Origin: Acanthaster planci
Taxonomy: Eukaryota
NCBI RefSeq assembly: GCF_001949145.1
Contig: NW_019091356.1
Span: forward strand, 2,798,932 to 2,820,741
Direction: 5' to 3'
Length of the DNA stretch: 21,810 nucleotides
Below, piece by piece: positions 1 through 9,600 of the stretch. How positions within the stretch are numbered: the stretch's first letter is position 1; every line of letters starts with the position of its first letter. The position numbers and the translations under genes were made by a program. The notes beneath the pieces are model-generated. The model searched no databases. It was given only the letters and a program-made list of their open reading frames with translations, and was not told the origin of the DNA.

Positions 1-100
1 GAGCAGTCCTACTTGTCAAGTAAATGGCCTCATTCTTCTGTAATGTGCACACCAGATCACATCAAACATCAAACCAGATTGATCCAAACTGGCCCGTCCC

Positions 101-428
101 AAGGGTTCCCACGGTCATGGGAAATCCTGGAAAATACTAAGAAGGAAGTTGTCCCGGAAAGTCATGGAAATTAGAGAGAAAGTAGGGTATCCTCGAATTC
201 TCTTATCAAAAGGAAAAAAGTCATGGAAATCAAGATCATGCAACATTGCCCACTTTTTTTGATGTGATAACAGAATAGTAATGAAGTTGCAGGCTATCCT
301 TGTAAGTCTCTAGTAGTGACTGTGGCAGTCGTCTAGTTTGTGATACTGAGCAGAAATTGTCATATTTGAGTCCCGGATAGTCTTGGAGAAGTCATGGAAT
401 TTGGTTTTAGATTTCTGTGGGAGGCCTG
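101..428. mobile_element. Degenerate non-autonomous DNA transposon (MITE-like, possibly hAT)
   Basis: Imperfect TIRs aagggttcccacgg (101-114) and ctgtgggaggcctg (415-428), 10/14 match; four internal gtcatgg(a/g)a motifs; no clear TSD. Confidence 0.45.
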
Positions 429-537
429 ATCCTCCACTTTCATTGACGAGGCCACCTGGGCATCAAGAGGCTGACCAACTGTCAATGAATTATGTCACTG
501 TTTCTGATTTGTATTTTTTGTTATGTTTGCATTTCAG

Positions 538-626
538 TGAGGACTTACATGCTCAAAGTGTTTTTGTGGATTGGACTGAATGACAAGCAGACATCAAAAG
601 TCTTTGTCTGGGAAGACGGCTCCCCT
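538..626 (+). CDS. Exon 1 in window: CTLD-A middle (RTYMLKVFLWIGLNDKQTSKVFVWEDGSP)
   Basis: tttcag acceptor, gtaagc donor; phase 1 to 0; WIGLND and W.DG motifs. Confidence 0.9.
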
Positions 627-3600
627 GTAAGCAACATCAATTGTTGAATGAATACATTGGTAAAGTTTGAGGTAGCCACTGATGAGTATAGACCTTTCCT
701 TTGCTACGTTACTGTCACTTTGTTTGATGTGAGCTGCGCCAGCCACCACAATGTATTAGTAAATGCACTCTAACAGGGGTAGAATTTTTTACTTGGGGAA
801 TTACGGATTTCTTCATAGTTTTTTTGTGTGTCAGGCCAAATTTAAGGTTCTTTTTAAACTTTTCAGATTTGGGAGGGAATCAAATTGTTCCAAAGATCCT
901 TCCTCTTGTTAAAATAAACAAGAACGACAACAACAATCTTCTAATTCCCTGTAGACATGTAAATATTCTGACTTCTATAAATACCTGGAGAATTTCACAA
1001 TGAAACTACCTTAGGTGCAACATTATTGTTGCCTTAATACATCACGGAAAAAAGGAGAAGATATATCAGCCAAATTTTAAAATGAAATCAAACACCATAT
1101 GCACTGGCCCTTAAGAGCAAATTGTACAATATCTTCACAGCTTTTTAAGTTACGGCATGTTTGCATGTATACATTAAAACCGATATTCCTTCACTAACTC
1201 ATGATGAGTTGATTTAGAATTTTATGCCATAGCAAGCAGAGACTCGTCACTTACAGTAAGTAGAGCAGTGAAATCATGCCAGCTTACTGCATTGATTCAC
1301 CCATTGAGCTTGATGAAAGACTCAAGCACCACACCTGTTTGGTTCTTCATGTGTGAGTTAAGTTGGCATAGTGGCCTTTCACCTGTGCGGCCCGGGCTCG
1401 ATTCCTGGCTCGGTCCACATGTAGATTGGGTTTTCAGTCCCTTCCTGATTCCATGGATATTACCCAGAATATCTCCTGGGTGAAAAGTTTCTTCCCACCT
1501 CTAAAAACTGCACCTTTGAGGAATCCTTGGTTTCAGCACCAGAAATGTTCAATAATAATAGTAATAAAAATAATGATTGGTTGGTCTTTTGTACAGTATG
1601 GCTTTACGTACTGGGCCCCTGGTCAGCCAGATCACTACGGCAGTGGCGACAGTGAAAGGTGCGTACACTTCCGGAGTTACGAACTTCAGGAAGGAATGTG
1701 GAACGACTTGCCCTGCGGCAACAAAATGGCTGGCTACATCTGCAAAAAGAAAGCAGGTAATGCCTACACTTATTTCTTTTATGCCCCCCAAACCATTCAT
1801 CGTCCCTTCAGTGACCCTTCTTCACTGCCGCCCCTTCCTTTTTTAGCTCCCAGTTTTAATGCCCGTTCCCTTGTGCCTTGCTTTTTCAATGCAATTTTCG
1901 ACCCCCAATTTAAGTGACTTCCCAAAACCCTTAAAACATCAAAATCTTAGAAAATGTGTAGAATTAATTCATTGTTTTAAAATGGAAGATTTTTTACATT
2001 AAAAAAGTTGCAAACATGATGGCCACGCCAATATTTCCTGCAACTTCCACCCCCTGATCTTACTCTCATACTGAATTAACTCACTTTGAGTTGACATCTC
2101 TTTACACAGGCGATGGTAACACTCCCCCACCGACTGCAAAACCTACACGTAAGCTCACCCCTGGTGATGTCTCCTTTTTGATTTTCTTCAGCTTCATATA
2201 CAAAATTTGTTATCGCAAAAAAGGTCCAGATTAGAAACTTAAAGAATGAAAAAAATGAAAGAGATACTTTGGTTTTATAAAAGCGCATGTGCAGAATGAA
2301 GCATTTTATAGGTCACATGCTGACTCAAATGCCATGAACACATTTAAGTTGATGTGACATCAGCTGTTTTGAATGACTTTGTGTAGCCCTTTTTCTGTAT
2401 GCCATCTGGCCCCACTTTGGTGCATGATCATTCACATAAACAATCGGGCCAAGAAAAAAGATCGTAACTTCTTGTTGTAAACTGCAAAAACCTCACCCCA
2501 AAAATGGTTCACGCGTCTTTGAAAGCACCACATTTCGGTCAAACTGAATCATCTGACTGCATTATCCTACTGAATCACACATCAAGTTGTTTTAGTTTTA
2601 GACTGGTGCTCAAAATTCACCATGTTCCTATTGCACTTTCGTTGATGCTCCTGTATGTCCTACGTTCAGCTGTTTTTAATGACCGTTGTGGCATTGGGTG
2701 GGAGTACGACACAACATCCAAGCAGTGCTACCTGTTCAAGCCGGGCGACCTCCGGAAGTGGCAGAGTGCCAGGAGTCAGTGTCAGCTGGGAGGCGGTGAC
2801 CTCGTCAGCATCACCGATTTGTCAGAGCAGACATACCTCAATGGCGAGTATACATCATCCCAGATAAATATAAATGCTTTAAAACAATGTGGTACTAAAT
2901 ATAGAAACTTTGCTGACATTGATACATGCTTGCTTGTGAATTGTTCCTACTATAGAGTACCGAAGTGTAACGTCACTGTGAACCAGAAAGTGCAGTGCAA
3001 ACGAATGGAGTACGCGTGCACGTTGGTTCACGCGTTGTTTCTCGCGCTAATGCCTTTAACACACTAATTGTGTGCGTGACGTATTCACTTTGGTACTCTA
3101 TGAACACATACACTGCTGTTGTAGTTGGGATCCAAGCATGTGTATGGCACATCTTTGAAGCTGTGTGAATTAATGACTTTTGACCTAACAAGAACATCTG
3201 TCAGTCACATCATTGTGTTGTTGGTTAACGCAAGATCATTGTAAACACTGTTTCATGTTTCCTGTCCTGCCTTCTTTCAAACAGCGCGCTTGGCTCTTAC
3301 CATTGAGACGACTGTTTGGATCGGTGCCAATGACCTCTCTGTAGAAGGCGGATGGGTGTGGAGCGATGGGTCCCCGTTCAAATTCCTAAACTGGGCCAGC
3401 GGTGAGGAGTCGTTTTGCTTCACATATTTGTATATTTATTGAGAGACCCTGATTGGTTCAGAGGTAAACACATGAGGTCACAACAGCTAGCAGTGTCTCC
3501 CCAAGACAGAATTCGTATAAAAGTGGTTGACTTTGGTGCTATCCGATTCAAATTGGCCCAGTGATGCCGACAAGCTCAGTAAAGCAGGTAAGACATCTGA

Positions 3601-6600
3601 ACTAGTAGCAATACGTTGTGGGTTCAAGTGCCATCTAACTGGGTCAATGAATTTCTTCTCACAAGTTATTCGGCGGCACTGAATATGCATTGCTTAGACA
3701 AACCAAGTTCACCTGCGGCGGAAGTGGGACAGGGGAGAGCAGTGGCCCCCCCCCCACTTGTTCCACTGGGGAGCAAGCCCCCAACTTTTGGAGGTCCTGT
3801 AATAGGATGGGGATTAGTGGATTGGTCTATTGATGGGTGATGCCTGGTGCCGTCATTCTTCTGCCAGCATTGATCAAGTTAGTGATTGCCAAAACCTAAT
3901 ATTAAAATGTACATCTTACCTGATACAGGAATGACCCTAGAGAACAAGTTAGGCCTTGTATTATTTGGAAAAAAAAATGCTCACAAGCAAATTCTAAATG
4001 TTTCTTTAAGCCTCAGATTGTCAAACTTGATTGGTGGTAAGGACAGAGAAAAAAAATTGAAAGGTTTACCTAGATGAAAATTAGGTGATTTTGGGGCTTA
4101 AACAAAATGATCTTGTTTTCCTTTGTCCACCAGGTGAGCCCAATAACTACGGGTCTGAAGAGTGTGCAGAATTCAAAGTCAATGGCGGATTGTGGAACGA
4201 TGTTGACTGTGCCAACTCCATGGGATACGTGTGCAAAAAAGATGGTCAGCTTGAATAGTCCTGAACTTCTCTTTGAACTCTTGCCAGTTTGTTAGATGAT
4301 GTCTGTTAATGGTCACTCACTGGGAGGAGCTGAGGTGTTTTTGAATGTTTGCAACTATATGTCTGAACTGCTCAAACAGAATGACATAAGGGGCTAGGCC
4401 TAAACTTTGATAACTTTAATACAAAGACAGTGCCAACTATGGAATGTTATTCTAGTTGTGCGTTTGTTTATGAGGATAATTTTTCTCATTGTATAGGTCA
4501 CCTCGTCTCTCACTTCTCTGCCTACCCCAACATGTATCTGCCCGTCACACCCAAAGTCACTGTTCCTGACATCTATCCCGAGACATGTGCTTATTCCTGT
4601 GCTCTGACTACCATCCCGTACAAGTGCCTAGCGTTCAATTACAACCGAGCCACAAAGAAATGTGACCTCTTGGATGCCTCCAAGGACACAGCGGGAGGTC
4701 TGAAGGCAGCCACAGACCAGGACTACTACCAACTGAGTGAGTACTTGGTTTTCAGTTGCTGGAGGAAGTCAAACAAAAGTTCAGTGAGTACCTCACAGGT
4801 ACTTTGCCAAGTACACATAGCTGCAGTCATAGGCGCTTATAAGTACTCATGGCTACAGTCAAGGACATTTGGAGTATTTGAAGTACTGCAAAGTACCTAT
4901 GACTACAGGTATAATTACTTGTGAAGTGCCTGTGACTGGAGCTATGATTATTCATGAAGTACCTGTGACTGGAGCTATGAGTAATTGTGAAGCACCTGTG
5001 ACTGGAGCTATGAGTACTTGTGAAGCACCTGTGACTGCAGCTATGAGTACTTGTGAAGCACCTGTGACTGGAGCTATGAGTAATTGTGAAGCACCTGTGA
5101 CTGGAGCTATGAGTAATTGTGAAGTACCTGTGACTGGAGCTATGAGTAATTGTGAAGTACCTGTGACTGGAGCTATGAGTATTCATGAAGAACCTGTGAC
5201 TGGAGCTATGAGTAATTGTGAAGCACCTGTGACTGGAGCTATGATTACTCATGAAGTACTTGTGACTGGAGCTATGAGTACTTGTGACTACAGCTATGTA
5301 AATAAAGCCACAACTCATTCATACATGAACTGTAGCAACGTCACTCCTGAGTTAGTTTTTGCCCTTTGTCTGTACTTGGGGAGTAGTTCACCACAACACA
5401 GTAGTAAACTGATTGACTCAAGGAATCAAACAATTTTCCAGGTGCTCTACCAGCTGGCCTAACATTATGCTGGAGAGATTTGGCCCCACTCATCAGAGAT
5501 TCCTAAATGCAAATGTAGAGTGATTATACAATGATAGGCAGGTACAGTGTTTGTCTGGGAGGACGTTTTTCAGCTGTTTTATAGGCTTGAAAACTTGTTT
5601 TTATTTTTGATAGCGACCTAACACCTGCGGTTTGTTCAAGGCTGCCATCATGCATTGCATTATTTTTTTTTGGACATGACAGGAAGTGATGCACCACCAA
5701 ATCCCACCGTCCCACCTACACTGGGACCCAACTACCGATGTCAGGCCAACTGGCTGGCTAACGGCGACTACTGCTACCAGGTCCAGTCCTCCTCAGTGAC
5801 ATGGGCGGATGCCCTGAAAGGCTGCCGTGCAACTGCTGGAGCCGATCTGGCTTCCATTTGGGATGCCAGCGAGAATGCTTTTGTCAAGACTATCATCTCG
5901 ACAGCGAGTGAGTGATGCACATTTATAAATACCTTAGACTGTTTGCCCTTGTTTATGGGCTTAGAACCTGCCACACTACTGTTCCGCAGTGGCAGTGATC
6001 AACGGGCAAAGTACCAACCGTGCCTCGAGCTGACAAAAATTGGTGGGGTAGGAAAAGTTTGAGGCCGTACGAAAATACTACAGGTGTGCTATGGAACACA
6101 AACGCCAACATTTTGCGAACACGCCAAAAAGTGTCAGTGTCTCTCTCTGAATTGTGAACTAACTTCAAGCTTACTAATTGCATATATTCCAGCTCTGCAT
6201 CAGCATGAAATGCAAGACTCCAGCACTTATCAACACAATGAAATCAGTGTTTGTAAAGGGGGGAAAGGCCTACAGAACTTAGGTGCTTGGGGCCATGAGA
6301 CAAGTGCAAAGCAGCAATTTTTTTTCTTCCTATTTTATCTCCTTTCCTTCCAAAAGTGTGTAAAAAGCCGCAGATTTACCCTCTTCCGTCAGAAAGACAA
6401 GATTACACATTTTTGCTCCGTCCCCCCCCCAAAAAATGGGTTCTGGATCGGACCTTGCCATTGGAGCATTCAATCTGGCCCCGAACCACCCACATTGCAC
6501 GATAGTCATTGTTGTGACCAGTAACTGCCAGGTTGCGTAAATTGTTCTTTTTGTTAAATAAGAAATAATTTTTCTGTGCTTATTTTGCTTATTCTGGCCT

Positions 6601-9600
6601 GTTCCCACAGTTCAGCCGGATGATTCGAATCACTTTTACATTGGGTTAAACGACAACAAGGCCTACCATTCGTATGAATGGAGCGACGACAGCGATGTGC
6701 TTTACACTAACTGGGCGGCCGGAGAACCCAACAACTACAATGGCAATCCAGAAGACTGTGTGGAAATGTGGACTGATGCAAGTCTATTATATTAACCAAT
6801 ATTTTCAGTTAATTTGCAATTTTTTTTTTACAAGGCTTGTGTCTGCAATTCATTTTAAGGCCCATTTATCACAGCGTGCAGTATTCTTCCCCTTTTTTTG
6901 GAAGGAAACATGTTGGAAGTCAAGTATTCTTGGGACATTGAATCAAACAAAACCTCAGAATCTTGGTTCATATCCCAGATGTATCAGGAGTACCGAAGGC
7001 CTCAGCATTTGCATAGTCTGATTTATAATTGAATTTTCCTTTGTGGGGGGGAGGTGAATAGTTTTGGTTGCAGCCTAATTTGTTTTTCAGGTATTCATGA
7101 AAAAAAAAATTTCTAAACCAAGGAAGTGTCTATCCTTGGGCAGTACTTTGCCACCTTTTTTTGGGGGGGGGGACATTCTCGTAGATGATTCAATTTAATA
7201 CCCTTGCTTGATTGGCCATCTGACTATTTTGTGATCCAGGGTTACTGGAATGATGAGGACTGCACTGCGCTTCACCGATACATCTGCAAAATGAAGAAGC
7301 AAGATTTAGGGCCCACCCAGTTCCCAGTGACACCGAGCGGGTGCGACCAGGTCAGAACAACAAACTGCAAAACTCTCTCCTTTAAAAACTAATCTTGAAC
7401 ATCCCAGTGCTGTCTTTAGTTCAGCAGCTCAAGCAATGAGACAAGTTAGTTTTCATTTGTATGTGATAATCAATTTCCGATTACTTTTTTCTATAAAAAA
7501 AGTTACCATGTGCCTTAGAAATGATGTACCTTCAAAAGTACATGTACCTGAGAAATGGAAGAACTCTGGTTACCTAATGTGCAAAATTGTGGGAAACTTT
7601 CATTTTTGCATGGTCCAAGTTGTTGCGGATGAAAGGTCTCTCTTCTTTTTGATTGGATGAAAATTTGTTCTTGTTAAGTTGCTATATGCAGATTTGTGTG
7701 CCATGTTTATCCCAAACTTGATAGGAAATGAACTAATCTTATGAGGCAAAACATTATGTGCAGTTGGAAAACCTGGTTTACTTCACAGCCCATTGAGGCA
7801 TGCAGGAATTCATAATAAAAAAAGGCTGACTGAATGTATTTGTTTATTTTGTTGATTGGTTTCTCAAAATTAATTTACATCTCCCCAGCGCAAATCCATC
7901 TTTGAAATAGTTGTTCATGGTACCTGCTGCTACACCTGATTTGAACCAGCCAGCCGACGCCGGCAAGCTCGGTGGTCGAGTGGTTGAGACGTCTGCACTA
8001 GTAAGCAGGAGGTCGTGGATTTGAATCCCACCCGAGTACGCTTGTGGTTTTTTTCACGAGCCTTTGGGGGCATACACTGAGTATACACTATTAAAATATA
8101 TGTCGCGCAGGGCAAAAAAAGTCCAAAATTAATTTGTTTCTTTATTTGTTTCTTTTGCTTTCCAGGATTGGATCCCCTATGGGCAGTCCTGCTACAAGTT
8201 TGAAAATCAGCTTTCTAACGGGGCGACATGGGATGACGCATTGGCACAGTGCAAAGCATACGGAGGAAGCTTGGTTGTCATCTCCGACAAGTAGGCTTGG
8301 ATTAATGGGACAAACGAAAAAGAATGGTTAAATTGGAAATACTCTGTGTCACAGTATGTGGGGTGTGACTTTTCTTGTCAGATCTACTCCCATACACAGA
8401 ATCACACACGGCAAGCCTAAGCCACGGTTGTAATGTACAGAACGTCACAACATTAAATGTTCCTCACACTAACAAAATACAATGAATGTTGCCTTTTATG
8501 TGATGTTTGCAATACTGTCTAGGGTCTTTCAACTTGGCACAAGTATCAAATGCAATGATACCCAACTGAAAATNNNNNNNNNNNNNNNNNNNNNNNNNNN
8601 NNNNNNNNNNNNNNNNNNNNNNNNNNNNNNNNNNNNNNNNNNNNNNNNNNNNNNNNNNNNNNNNNNNNNNNNNNNNNNNNNNNNNNNNNNNNNNNNNNNN
8701 NNNNNNNNNNNNNNNNNNNNNNNNNNNNNNNNNNNNNNNNNNNNNNNNNNNNNNNNNNNNNNNNNNNNNNNNNNNNNNNNNNNNNNNNNNNNNNNNNNNN
8801 NNNNNNNNNNNNNNNNNNNNNNNNNNNNNNNNNNNNNNNNNNNNNNNNNNNNNNNNNNNNNNNNNNNNNNNNNNNNNNNNNNNNNNNNNNNNNNNNNNNN
8901 NNNNNNNNNNNNNNNNNNNNNNNAATTTGTAGACTAATAGTAAAGGAATTCCTCTAGGTGATTAGTAACAGACACAGCGTCCTTCTTTTGAATTATTTAC
9001 TTTGAGAATGGGCAAAATGTGTAATAGGAGGATAAACTATGTATTTAGAAACCTGAATGATTCCTCAAAGATACTGCACTGAGATAGTGCAGCCTGGCCA
9101 ATCAGTTATAACATTTGTTACTATACCTATGGCATCATAGACTGGCTGGCATGGCCAGTTCAGGAGAAATAGCCTCCATTTTGTATCTTCGATTCCACAT
9201 GTAGGCGCTATTGCTATCTGCCTCGAGTAGAAGCACCTTCTCATTGGTTGAAAAGTCAGTCACTCGTAGAACAGCGAAGTTCAGTGCTGACCAAAGGAGC
9301 AGTCGTTGATAAGAAAATTGCGCCCTCTCTTGGTCCAGCTCGAGGCTCATCGGGCATGGTCATTAATATAATTATTTCCACATGTGGCAGGTTTGTGCCT
9401 GTGCACAAACAGGGTTTAATTTTTTTGTCTGTGTTTTTCTGTTGTCGAAGGTATGAACAAGCTGTGGTTACATCACAGCTGGGCAAACAGGCCTGGTACA
9501 AGAATTTCTGGATTGGACTGCACGACCGCAACATCAAAGGGTTCTTTGAGTGGGAAGGCGGGGCTGCATTCACGTTTGACAACTGGGGCAAGGCCCAACC

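Noticed and set aside
4890..5298. CRISPR-like array (repeat length about 33 bp)
   Set aside because: Units are contiguous with no unique spacers, the context is a eukaryotic intron, and no cas genes are present.
4827..5462. Long ORFs on both strands (197 aa CEAPVTGAMSN repeats; 163 aa THSSSHR repeats)
   Set aside because: They arise from a 33-bp (multiple of 3) minisatellite. No convincing splice sites flank the array, and exons 7 and 8 join in frame without it.
5901..6615. Alternative pairing of GC donor ACA|GCGAGT (5903) with acceptor ttcag (6615), in frame and 9 nt shorter
   Set aside because: The canonical A|GTGAGT donor and ccacag acceptor already give an in-frame join; nothing supports the double shift without RNA data.
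7967..8038. Functional tRNA-Thr(AGT) gene
   Set aside because: Extra base in the anticodon arm, T loop TTTGAAT instead of TTCGAAT, stem mismatches, and a homologous diverged copy with shared flanks indicate a repeat.
8482..8937. 151-aa ORF across the gap, or a hidden exon in the gap
   Set aside because: The ORF is an artefact of the N run. Exons 11 and 12 join with matching phase 2 and give a complete CTLD, so no exon is needed.
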